NCBI GenBank assembly: GCA_964486045.1 | Contig: CAZALK010000001.1 | Location: forward strand, 192,001 to 256,000 | Direction: 5' to 3' | DNA from: an uncultured archaeon | GTDB taxonomy: Archaea; Asgardarchaeota; Lokiarchaeia; Sigyniarchaeales; SOKP01 | DNA length: 64,000 nt | Shown here: one piece after another, positions 1 through 8,712 of the stretch | Numbering within the stretch: the first letter of the stretch is position 1 | Layout: each line of letters opens with the position of its first letter | The notes under the pieces: generated by a model | What the model saw: only the letters and a program-made list of their open reading frames with translations | Told to the model about the DNA's origin: nothing | The model's database searches: none | Position numbers and translations under genes: made by a program

Positions 1-137
1 GTGCCTTCGTCTTCAATAATCAGAACTTTGTCTCCATCTTTTAAACCATAGATCTTTCTATATGCTGCCGGAATTGTAACCATTCCATGATTTGTAATTG
101 TGACTTTTTTTTCTTCAATAGTTTTTTTAACTTCCAT
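1..137 (-). CDS. AbrB/MazE/SpoVT-family DNA-binding protein (runs off window edge)
   Basis: Manual translation from ATG 137: MEVKKTIEEKKVTITNHGMVTIPAAYRKIYGLKDGDKVLIIEDEG. Matches the swapped-hairpin pattern GxxTIP..R...l..GD. Confidence 0.85.
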   Translation of the reverse strand, partial: MEVKKTIEEKKVTITNHGMVTIPAAYRKIYGLKDGDKVLIIEDEG

Positions 138-140
138 TTT

Positions 141-190
141 TTTCACTAAGTAATTTATTAGAATACTAAGTATATATAATTTTCACTAAG
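141..190 (-). promoter_or_regulatory. Three phased direct repeats (ACTAAG core, 20-bp period) around the TATA box of the abrB-like gene
   Basis: tttcactaag 141-150, gaatactaag 161-170, tttcactaag 181-190; TATA-like tatatata at 171-178. Confidence 0.6.
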
Positions 191-333
191 GGAATTACTC
201 TTTCAAATTTTATTAATTATTATTGCAAGCCTTAAATAAATCTGTTAAAAAGATTTATGGAAAATTTTCTTCAGCTATAAGTAGTATAAAAATAAAAAAT
301 GTCAAGATCTTACAGAACCTTCTTTTAAAGAAT

Positions 334-1143
334 TTAAAATGACTTGTTTTCTGAATTTGGTTTAACTTTGTATCTGAGCCAAATGCTCCCATTATCATTG
401 ACTTTTGAGGAAATTAAAGTTAATTCAGTGGGTAGTACCTTAGGGGGATTTAATTCAGTAGAAGCGAATAATACTGGCGTCTTAAATCCACCAATTATGA
501 AAGGATTAAACAATATATTAATTTCATCTATAAGATCATCTCTTAAGAGTGCGCCTGATAATTTACCTGCTGAGGAAATCATAATATTTTGTATATTTAA
601 CTTGTAATACATTTTTGACAATATTTTCTTTAGATCAACACGCTTTTTACCTGAAATCAAATAGGGAATTTTGTTATTTTGGAGAAACGAAAGATATTCC
701 GGGGCCACATTAGATGATACAAGATGTAACATATGAGATTGTTCATTATCTTCATTTCCTTTATACCCAGACCGGAGTCGACCTTTTCCATCTATAATTG
801 CTGACCAAAATTTACGTTTAGGATTTTTAGTAATTTCTGTAGGAAGATAATCTTGATAGAGATCTTCACTATCTTCATTGTATTTGGGAAGTCTCTTTAC
901 TTCTTGACCTTCAAACATAATCATATTACTTCCCTCCATAAATGTATCAGGTTTATAAATTTCTTTAAGCTCATCGACGATTGCTCCGAATAAATTTTCA
1001 CCAAATATATCATGAAATCTTGGATATCTGTCTAGATTAATATTATCTGGGTTATAGAGCGTTGCATTTGGTTCCAGCGAAAGTCTTCCATCAAGAGAAG
1101 TGGTAACATAAACATACACGTTTGGTCTATCCATTATCATCAT
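334..1143 (-). CDS. RibD C-terminal / dihydrofolate reductase-family protein
   Basis: TSLDGR N-terminal motif, IIDGKGRL, LIDEINILFNPFIIGG, C-terminal GSIWLRY. Confidence 0.85.
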   Translation of the reverse strand: MMIMDRPNVYVYVTTSLDGRLSLEPNATLYNPDNINLDRYPRFHDIFGENLFGAIVDELKEIYKPDTFMEGSNMIMFEGQEVKRLPKYNEDSEDLYQDYLPTEITKNPKRKFWSAIIDGKGRLRSGYKGNEDNEQSHMLHLVSSNVAPEYLSFLQNNKIPYLISGKKRVDLKKILSKMYYKLNIQNIMISSAGKLSGALLRDDLIDEINILFNPFIIGGFKTPVLFASTELNPPKVLPTELTLISSKVNDNGSIWLRYKVKPNSENKSF

Positions 1144-1398
1144 GCTTTATTTCAATTGATATGTAAATAAGTATTACATTTTATAAAAAAGATTTTAATC
1201 CTAACTCCAAACCTTCCAGTGCTAGTTTGAATTTAACCAGATGTTAATTAGATAAATCAACTATAATCCTACTTAATTAAAAAACACTAGAAAAAAATGA
1301 GATAAAAGTAATCTTTACTTAATAAAATAAGTCCTTAATTGATTAGATCAGCTTGTACAAATTAAAGAAATTAGAATAAAAATAAAAAAAAGTTAGAA

Positions 1399-2622
1399 TT
1401 AAGTTTTCATTAAAGCCTTTGCGTTAGTCTGCCACTCGCTAACTTTCTTGGGGGAAACACCACTAATTCTAGAAGATAAATTCTCTGGATCTGCTTCGAG
1501 TAAAGCACTAACCGTAGTGATACCTTCTGTTTCTAGGTTTTCTGCCGTACCTTTTCCAATACCTTTTACAATTGTTAAAGGAATTTCTGAAGACTCTCCC
1601 TCAGATTCTTCATACAATGTTTCAACCTCAAAATCCAAACCTTTTTCGTCTGGGATTTCTACTTTCTCCGTGTCTGCGACTCCTGCCGAAGTTATGAAAA
1701 ATTCGCATTCGTTTGGAGGAAGGTCAGGGGCATCAACGATAACTGCTCTACGCTTTAATGAACTGTTAGAGGAAAATCCTTTGGTTTTAAACATTACCCG
1801 AAAATGACACCCGTGTGCCACAATATTACCCCCTATAGCATCATTACCGGAGAATATGCCCATCATCTTGGTCGCAACTTGATTAGTGAGTAATACAGCA
1901 CAATTATAAGTCTCAGCGATTCGTGAAAGGCCATGAATCATGCTATTTAAGACTCCTTGCCTTACCGCAAGTTTTCCTATGCCAACATATTCAGATCTTA
2001 AAAGAGCCATTAAGGAATCGACGATAATTAAACGTACTCCACGAGTTTTACACAACATCTCTGCTTTTTGGATCATTTGAGATTGATGGTCCGAAGAATA
2101 TATCCGGGCATGGTAAATCTGAGAAAGTACCGATTTAGGATCTAACCCGAATCGTTTCGCAATCCGCTTAATTTTTTCTTTAGAGAAGGTATTTTCAGTG
2201 TCGATATAGGCAATAGAACCATCCAAGCCCCCCTCTTTTTTCAGGAGTTGACATGTCACTGAAATTGTTGAAGCGAGTGCTGTTTTCCCTGACTTAAAAG
2301 GGCCATAAACTTCTGTAAGTTTGCCTGTTTGAAATCCTCCACCTAATATTTTATTAAGCTCTGCGGAACCCGTTGTAATATACTCAACATTTTCATCTAT
2401 CTTTTCCGCTGTAGTAAACTCCGTCATCCCTAATGCGTTTCGAGCGTTCCAAATTAACTTTTTCGCAGTTTTATCACCGAGTCCATCAATATTCGCAACT
2501 ATCATACCTGGAGACATCGCCAAAGCCTCAGCGTTACTAATACCATTTTCTTGTAAAAGTTTTATCTGACGGGCATTGATACCTTTTACTTTACTTAAAT
2601 CTGCCACTTTTTGTAACATCAC
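1399..2622 (-). CDS. radA: RadA/Rad51-family recombinase paralogue with additional C-terminal HhH domain
   Basis: N-terminal HhH, FTTA polymerisation motif, ITTGS..L..ILGGG, Walker A GPFKSGKT, YIDTENTF, LIIVDS, TNQV, IGGNIVAH, then a C-terminal VKGIGKGTAENL HhH. True start may be ATG 2619 or GTG 2607 (after AGGTGA). Confidence 0.9.
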   Translation of the reverse strand: MMLQKVADLSKVKGINARQIKLLQENGISNAEALAMSPGMIVANIDGLGDKTAKKLIWNARNALGMTEFTTAEKIDENVEYITTGSAELNKILGGGFQTGKLTEVYGPFKSGKTALASTISVTCQLLKKEGGLDGSIAYIDTENTFSKEKIKRIAKRFGLDPKSVLSQIYHARIYSSDHQSQMIQKAEMLCKTRGVRLIIVDSLMALLRSEYVGIGKLAVRQGVLNSMIHGLSRIAETYNCAVLLTNQVATKMMGIFSGNDAIGGNIVAHGCHFRVMFKTKGFSSNSSLKRRAVIVDAPDLPPNECEFFITSAGVADTEKVEIPDEKGLDFEVETLYEESEGESSEIPLTIVKGIGKGTAENLETEGITTVSALLEADPENLSSRISGVSPKKVSEWQTNAKALMKT

Positions 2623-2664
2623 CTACTTTATCTAATTAGGATTAACCTTAGATTATGACCGATC

Positions 2665-2679
2665 TATATAAAGAAAAAA
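2665..2679 (-). promoter_or_regulatory. T-tract/TATA promoter motif upstream of radA paralogue
   Basis: Sense strand TTTTTTCTTTATATA. Confidence 0.7.
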
Positions 2680-2884
2680 CAGAGATTAGAAAAAAGTAAT
2701 AATGCCAAACATCAGAAAAATAAGTTCCGGGGAATGGGAAAGAAAAAGTGTATCAATAAAAATTAGTCTTATTACTCTTTTCTAACATAAATAGATAAGG
2801 ATGGTACAAGTATAAAAATAAAAAATAAATTTTTGAATTATTTAATGTATCAAGATAATGGAAATAGCAATAAATTGAATTAAC

Positions 2885-3253
2885 CTACTTCTCGGACCAA
2901 AACTCCAATTCAAATCCATTTAAATCCAGTATTTTTAGGTTTTTACCCCAAGGTTGAATTTGTATTGTCTGTGTAATTTCTACGTTATTCTCTCTGAAAT
3001 GAGTGAAAAGTGATTCGAGATTGTCGACTTTCAGTAGAGGGTGAAAACCTAAAGGTTTTAAAGGTTGGTTTGCTTTTAGCAAGTTAAATCCTATCAAAGG
3101 ATTATGAGAATAATAAACATCTCCAAATAGACATTCCCCTTGATCATTTTTCAAATCACAACCTGATTTCCATCCTAAAATCTTTTTATACCATTCCATA
3201 GTTCTTTCAAGAGATACCACATGTAAAGTAATATCAATACTTTCAACTTTCAT
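2885..3253 (-). CDS. VOC/glyoxalase/bleomycin-resistance family protein
   Basis: LHVVSLERTMEWYKKILGW and QPWGKNLKILDLNGFELEF. Confidence 0.85.
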   Translation of the reverse strand: MKVESIDITLHVVSLERTMEWYKKILGWKSGCDLKNDQGECLFGDVYYSHNPLIGFNLLKANQPLKPLGFHPLLKVDNLESLFTHFRENNVEITQTIQIQPWGKNLKILDLNGFELEFWSEK

Positions 3254-3436
3254 ATTTGATGAAAAAAATTCTCATTTAAATAAATGATCTCAGTTCATGA
3301 TTTTTGAAATAAAATCTTCTAAAGTTAATTAAGTTATTAATAAGAGAAATTTTTATTAACAGTTAGTTGAAGAATGATTGTAAACTAGATTCTTTACAGT
3401 AGAACTTAATTTAATAGAAAAAACTAGCAAAAGAGC

Positions 3437-3817
3437 TTAATCCTCAACAAGAAAAGCAAGATTTTGTATATATTGTTCAGGAGAGATCCCATGTAGAAGA
3501 GCTTTATGCATTAATTTGATATTTATCTGCTCTGTATTGACTAATTTATTCTCTTTAAGCCCGTTTTTCAGAATATTTTCCAATATCTTTAAAACAGAGA
3601 AACTTGAATCTTTCATCATTCCAAAAAATCCCCCATACGCAATAAACATATTAGCCATCATTTCTAAGTCCTCTGTAGAAAAATGTTTATAACAGCTGCT
3701 ACAGACTACGCCAAGATTTATCCCAGCTTGATAGATTTGGGCACGATCGATGATTTCCCCATGACAAATTCCACACTTAACGGAGTGATCCGTTCTCCTA
3801 TCAGACTTTCCTATCAT
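3437..3817 (-). CDS. Hypothetical protein with N-terminal C4 zinc finger
   Basis: CGIC...CSSC; preceded by motif variant TTTTTTTATTTAAATA (3839-3854). Confidence 0.7.
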   Translation of the reverse strand: MIGKSDRRTDHSVKCGICHGEIIDRAQIYQAGINLGVVCSSCYKHFSTEDLEMMANMFIAYGGFFGMMKDSSFSVLKILENILKNGLKENKLVNTEQINIKLMHKALLHGISPEQYIQNLAFLVED

Positions 3818-3860
3818 GATCTCTTATTAAAATCAGAGTATTTAAATAAAAAATAAGGTA

Positions 3861-4583
3861 CTAGTTTGAAAAAATAAATCCACTATCGATAAGTTCGAAA
3901 TTAAGAGAGAAACTCGTATCGTTATATGCAAACTTTATTATTCTTTGGTCGGAAATGAGAGATTTTGATAGAATAATCCGTACTCCTCTTATCCTTTCAT
4001 ATAACTTAAAGAAAAAAGGTCGGGTTTGCTGTGATTTGACGTGAAAGGAAACTTCATGAATTAAGACTAAATTTATTTTTTCTCTATGACACCGAAAAAT
4101 AAGAGGATTTAACACTCTGTCATAAAAATCGTTAATTAAGTAAAATCTCTGAGTTATATCAAGAATTTGAGAATATCTAAAGCGTAGGTGATGAGAAATA
4201 TTATCTATTATAAGAAATTTTGTGTCTGGTGGAAATGAGAAGTTATTTTTAGCTAGTTTTTCTAATTGTTCAGATTGGGCTTCATAGGAAGTAGAAGGTC
4301 TACTACTAGGAGTAATGAAAAAATTCTTTGTGAGATATTTTGATTTTTCTTTATCTTTTTTAAACAATGATTCAAGTCTTTTTGTTGAGAATGACTCACT
4401 TGCTTGAACCCATACACAACTACCGTCATAAGGGATATTTGATGTAAGAAAGGTTCCAATCAAAAATAGAGAAAGAGATGACTTACCTGTTCCAGCTTTT
4501 CCCGAAATAGAAATCAATGTATTTTCTTGAAATATTTCTTTAATACCAATTAGAATCGATTCTTGGAGCGTCATCTTACTCAT
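3861..4583 (-). CDS. RadB-like/RecA-fold ATPase (recombinase paralogue lacking N-terminal domain)
   Basis: Walker A GKAGTGKS, CVWVQASESFSTKRL (cf. yIdtE.tF...Rl), Walker B LIIDNISHHLR. Confidence 0.75.
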   Translation of the reverse strand: MSKMTLQESILIGIKEIFQENTLISISGKAGTGKSSLSLFLIGTFLTSNIPYDGSCVWVQASESFSTKRLESLFKKDKEKSKYLTKNFFITPSSRPSTSYEAQSEQLEKLAKNNFSFPPDTKFLIIDNISHHLRFRYSQILDITQRFYLINDFYDRVLNPLIFRCHREKINLVLIHEVSFHVKSQQTRPFFFKLYERIRGVRIILSKSLISDQRIIKFAYNDTSFSLNFELIDSGFIFSN

Positions 4584-4908
4584 CTAACAATGCAAGAGTT
4601 TCTTGTTTCACTTTTTCAATATGTTTCTCATGATCATTTTCAGTTTGATCTTTAAATGGCTCTTGTCTAAATGTAGAATTATTGGTTAACTGTTGAAGCA
4701 TCATCAAGGTAATAAGATCATCCATATGATTATTCGGTTGAGCCGACTTCCCTTTTAAGAACCCACCAATACCTGAACCAGATTTTCGTGATTTAACAAA
4801 AATATATCCTGCGATAAAAATGCCAATGATTATTATCGCATACATCGGACTCTGCTGATAAAACATGAAAAAACCAATTGCCAATACTACCAAAATTAAT
4901 CCTTTTAT
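4576..4908 (-). CDS. Small membrane protein (2 TM helices plus C-terminal helical tail)
   Basis: Two hydrophobic segments; overlaps radB-like start. ORF track starts at TTG 4893, but an in-frame ATA at 4908 follows a perfect AGGTGA SD. Confidence 0.7.
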   Translation of the reverse strand: MKGLILVVLAIGFFMFYQQSPMYAIIIIGIFIAGYIFVKSRKSGSGIGGFLKGKSAQPNNHMDDLITLMMLQQLTNNSTFRQEPFKDQTENDHEKHIEKVKQETLALLDE

Positions 4909-4928
4909 TTTCGTTCACCTACTTTTTA

Positions 4929-5678
4929 TTATTTGAATTTTGAAGATTTGTATCTCCTCTTGGAGAATCGTCTAAACCGTGATCTATTTTCTTCTTTTCC
5001 GAACCGGATTCGAATCTTGTTAAGTCCCCATCTAAGCAGGAGTAATGAGTATTTGAGAGTGACGTACCAGCCAATAATTATAAAGTAATAAAGGAATTCT
5101 ATCGGAAAGACAATGTTAAATAAAATTACGACTCCCCATGAGAGCAGAATGGAAACCGTTAATATAAAGAGTTGATAAATCGCATGGCGAGGATCATGAC
5201 TGAATCCTTGTTTAATTAGGTGGAAATCTTGAGGAGAGGGTGTCGATGCAATAAGAACTGAGAGTGCCATTAACCCCGCAATTATACGATACAGTGGATC
5301 GGAACGTGAATTGAATGCCACTTGTAAAGCAAAATAAAATATCCATGCACCTAGCAATACTGGTCCAAAACTGACTAATACCGCTTGCAACAAAGTTTTC
5401 TGATGACCTCTTGGTTGACCCACGGCACCGTGGGGAGCAACTCTTCCAGTCTCCTCATCTCTTAACCTAACTCTTATAGGTCCTGCAGGCACTCCCGTTA
5501 AAACAGATAAGGTATAATGGGAAATTTCATGGAAGAACACACCAATAAAAGCTAGAATGTTAATAATGGTAGTAAATGGACTTGCTTCTCTTCCCCATAA
5601 GAGAATCTGAACTAAATACCCCACGACTAGAACAAAAGGGAAAATCATCAACGATGTAATAAATAAATCTCCACTCAT
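4929..5678 (-). CDS. M50/M50B-like intramembrane zinc metalloprotease
   Basis: HEISH within a TM segment, SFGP, STPSPQD downstream Asp motif, about 6 TM helices. Confidence 0.75.
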   Translation of the reverse strand: MSGDLFITSLMIFPFVLVVGYLVQILLWGREASPFTTIINILAFIGVFFHEISHYTLSVLTGVPAGPIRVRLRDEETGRVAPHGAVGQPRGHQKTLLQAVLVSFGPVLLGAWIFYFALQVAFNSRSDPLYRIIAGLMALSVLIASTPSPQDFHLIKQGFSHDPRHAIYQLFILTVSILLSWGVVILFNIVFPIEFLYYFIIIGWYVTLKYSLLLLRWGLNKIRIRFGKEENRSRFRRFSKRRYKSSKFK

Positions 5679-5699
5679 TACCCTCTATTTCTTCAGCTA

Positions 5700-5716
5700 A
5701 ATATAAAGAAAAAAAA
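5700..5716 (-). promoter_or_regulatory. T-tract/TATA promoter motif, 21 nt upstream of M50 gene start
   Basis: Sense TTTTTTTTCTTTATATT. Confidence 0.7.
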
Positions 5717-5781
5717 TAAAAAGTGACTATCAGGAAAATGAGGAATGTTTCACTCTACACAAAACATTTAGTTTATAAACC

Positions 5782-5796
5782 TATATAAAGAAAAAA
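5782..5796 (-). promoter_or_regulatory. Second (tandem) T-tract/TATA motif upstream of M50 operon
   Basis: Sense TTTTTTCTTTATATA, identical to the radA copy. Confidence 0.65.
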
Positions 5797-6174
5797 TTCA
5801 TTAAACGGTTACCAAGAAAAAATTAGAATTTTTTTTGCTTGCTCTGAAGTAAGCTTATACGTTGGGCAGATATCTAAACTTAGATTACAAAATGTGAATG
5901 AAAAAATACTTCAATAAGTGCTTTAGCTGTAAATCTTAATGGGATCTTTTTGTTGATTAAGGTTTTTGTATCTACTTTCATCTCAATAGAAACCCAAATG
6001 AAAAAAGTGGTATAAAATATAAAAACCACAAATTTTACTTTATGATTAGAGCGCTTCTACTCTTCAAACTCGATCGTAAGGCAAAGGTTTAAAAGGCAAA
6101 CTCCTACCCTTTATTTTTTTAGTGAACTAAATTTTTTAGTTAAATAAAATAAAAAAAATAGTGATCAGAAAAAA

Positions 6175-7413
6175 ATGACAGTGAATAATAAAAGATCAAT
6201 ACCAATTGATCATTCCGCCTTAAAGTGTGATCTTTGTGGTTCTGATGATATTGTTGATGAAGTTCAAGGGTATGTATGTAGGGATTGCGGTGTAGTGCTT
6301 ACAGTTCAAAAATTACAGTATGATCGTCCCTATAATAATGATATCATACAAAATTCAATCCAGTTTGGAACTACTCAAATTGGTACCGTACGAGAAAGAA
6401 GAGCACATCCTCAATCATATCAGCTAGGAAGGATGAACAAACATAATTCGCAGCTTTCGAGCAAAGAATTTGTTGAAAATCGTGCTGCTAAGGAGATTTC
6501 AAGAATTTTTGATTGCTTATCCTTACCGAAGGGATGTGAGAAAAGGGTAAAGGAGATATTTATCGAACTATTCCCTCAGTTACATCCCGGGTCAAAGTAT
6601 AAAAATCCTGAGAAATTATCAGCAATCCTTATCTACATGGTCCTTAAGCTTGAAAATATCGCAATTAAGCGGAAAGATATTGTAAGTACTTCAATGCTTT
6701 CAAAGGAAGAGTTTAATAACTTTATTCTCCAGATAATGCGATTTATGCCTGAGTATACAAAGAGAAACAGGCAAGACTACGTAGCTCAAAAAATATTGGA
6801 AATTACGGAACATTTTGGTCTTGATATGTCATTTTACTTTCTTTCACGAAAAATTTTATCAAAACTATGGGAAAGTATCAAAAACACCACTGACGATGTT
6901 GTTGCTGGTTTGTGCGCGTCGATAACAACTCTCTGCAGCTATAAAGATGTTATTAATGTGAGTTCAATCTGCGACTTATTGAATATTAAGATGAGTACCA
7001 TACAATTCCAAGTGAAGAAAAGAATTTTTGAAAGGTTTAAGCTTCCTGGATTTGTAAGTTTAGTCCGATCCTCTGATTTATTAAAAGGATTTATGGAAAA
7101 AGTAGGAATCTTGGAAGGTGAAAAGATTGAAGTGGAAGTAATCCAAGAGGAGCCTGAAGATTCCGGAGAAAAAGTAGTATCCATTCAACTTGGAGAAGGG
7201 TATCAGATATTTAATCCTCACAATGAACATCATCTTATTGGATGTGTAGGCAATAATAAAACGATTACGCTATGCTATTTAGAGGTACATAACAATCACA
7301 AATGGAGGAAGCGGTCTACTAAAAAACCGAAGAAAAATAAGGGTATATGGTTTGACCTCACTTCTAGTGAGTATTATCCAAAAAAAGGACCTCCTCAGAT
7401 GAGTAAGATTTGA
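6175..7413 (+). CDS. Divergent TFB/TFIIB-like transcription initiation factor
   Basis: Zn ribbon CDLCGSDDIVDEVQGYVCRDCG; cyclin repeat 1 (RAAKEISRIFDCLSLP...KLSAILIYMVLK); cyclin repeat 2 with HTH (VSSICDLLNIKMSTIQFQVKK); extra C-terminal domain. Confidence 0.8.
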   Translation: MTVNNKRSIPIDHSALKCDLCGSDDIVDEVQGYVCRDCGVVLTVQKLQYDRPYNNDIIQNSIQFGTTQIGTVRERRAHPQSYQLGRMNKHNSQLSSKEFVENRAAKEISRIFDCLSLPKGCEKRVKEIFIELFPQLHPGSKYKNPEKLSAILIYMVLKLENIAIKRKDIVSTSMLSKEEFNNFILQIMRFMPEYTKRNRQDYVAQKILEITEHFGLDMSFYFLSRKILSKLWESIKNTTDDVVAGLCASITTLCSYKDVINVSSICDLLNIKMSTIQFQVKKRIFERFKLPGFVSLVRSSDLLKGFMEKVGILEGEKIEVEVIQEEPEDSGEKVVSIQLGEGYQIFNPHNEHHLIGCVGNNKTITLCYLEVHNNHKWRKRSTKKPKKNKGIWFDLTSSEYYPKKGPPQMSKI

Positions 7414-7445
7414 TTATCTGAGTAGTTAGGATTATTACTCTTCAC

Positions 7446-7492
7446 TTTTTTTGCCCTTTTTTCTTTTTTTTTCATTCTCCTTTTTTCTTTTT
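7446..7492 (+). terminator. Oligo-T tract terminator after TFB-like gene
   Basis: Multiple T5-T9 runs directly downstream of the stop codon. Confidence 0.5.
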
Positions 7493-7532
7493 GCTACTAA
7501 TTTATAGAAGTAAACTTTATATTACTCTCAAT

Positions 7533-7800
7533 TTAACTTTTACTAATAAAAATTTCCGTAATCAATGATTTAAGCTGAGGACTTTCCTTCAATTCAAGAA
7601 TTTGGCTTGTTTTATAATGTTGTTCAAGACTTTGCCATAACGACATGTTATTTTGTACTTCCTCTGTAAATTTAGTTAGTTTTTGCTTTGCTGCATAGGT
7701 TTGCCCTTTGAACAAGTAGCAAAAAGAAAAAGAATCAATTGATTCCATAAGCATCATCTCATCACCAAATTTCACTCTGTCAAGGCCTTTGGAAAAAAAT
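7533..7800 (-). pseudogene. C-terminal remnant of a large TPR-type protein (longin-like tail)
   Basis: FSKGLDRVKFGDEMMLMESIDSFSFCYLFKGQTYAAKQKL resembles, from memory, the conserved C-terminus of large Lokiarchaeal TPR proteins. No N-terminal part is present. Confidence 0.5.
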
Positions 7801-7977
7801 ACCTTTCCATGAAACTCGAAAAGGAAAATATTCTACCAACTCTTTAATCCTTAATCACTTGAGTGAGTAAAAATTTAAAACAACTTCATATTTCCCCTTA
7901 AATATAAAAATAATTGTTCATTAATCTTAAATTGAATCCTGATGGGATCTACTATGATCTTTAAAGGGGTGAAAAAT

Positions 7978-8409
7978 ATGGATGAAACAGCTAAAAATGT
8001 GTTAAAAAATGTAGTAGGTGTAACTGATGAAGACCTGGCCAAGGTTCCACGGAATGTAGAGAAGATATTTGCAAATGCATCACGAGCGATGGGATATAAG
8101 CTCATAGCTGAGGTTACATCTTCCAAATACTGCTTCGCGCAAATCAAGGTAGGAGACAAGATTGTTTTTAACCCGTTCTTAAACGCGAAGGAATCAACTT
8201 GTCCTCTTTGCCCTAGGGCACTCATTCCTGTGCTTATTTCTGTGCAACAGGCTTGGGAACGCGGTATAGAACTTTATAGCAAAAACGTTGACGACATAGA
8301 TGAACTTAATGACTCTATCTTTGCTGGAATCGCTGGATGTTTGGATCCAGGGCTGGAAGGTGGAGGAATAGGCCATGTAAACTTCAAGATTTATAATGAA
8401 AAGGTTTGA
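7978..8409 (+). CDS. Cys-rich hypothetical protein (TIGR04076-like)
   Basis: AEVTSSKYC..KVGDKIVF..CPLCPRAL..CLDPG..G.V.F pattern; SD GGGGTGA before ATG 7978. Confidence 0.6.
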   Translation: MDETAKNVLKNVVGVTDEDLAKVPRNVEKIFANASRAMGYKLIAEVTSSKYCFAQIKVGDKIVFNPFLNAKESTCPLCPRALIPVLISVQQAWERGIELYSKNVDDIDELNDSIFAGIAGCLDPGLEGGGIGHVNFKIYNEKV

Positions 8410-8650
8410 TCTGAGTAAGATTTCTTAAGTAACTCAAAACTGCAAAAACAAATAAAATTAAATCCCTTTTTTTTATTTTTCCTCTGGAAAATGGTTTTAG
8501 ATTTCATAGTGAAGACGTAATTTTTTTCTTTTTCAAAGGAATTTTCATTGAAATCGGACTCTGAATTTACCTTTCCATCGACTTGTTAAAAACAATAAAA
8601 TCTCTCTAAATCGGGAAAAATCTTATCTATATAGAAATTGGCCTCACTAA

Positions 8651-8665
8651 TTTTTCTTTTAAATA
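8651..8665 (+). promoter_or_regulatory. T-tract/TATA motif upstream of surface-protein gene
   Basis: TTTTTCTTTTAAATA; lies inside the ORF-track extension, supporting ATG 8713 as the true start. Confidence 0.6.
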
Positions 8666-8712
8666 CTTTGATCTGGTTTCTATCCAAAAAATTGTGCAAT
8701 TATTTAAGTACC

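Noticed and set aside
283-2826. Repeat AGTATAAAAATAAAAAAT at 283-300 and 2809-2826
   Set aside because: Both lie just downstream of minus-strand genes and are best explained as similar oligo-T terminators in AT-rich DNA.
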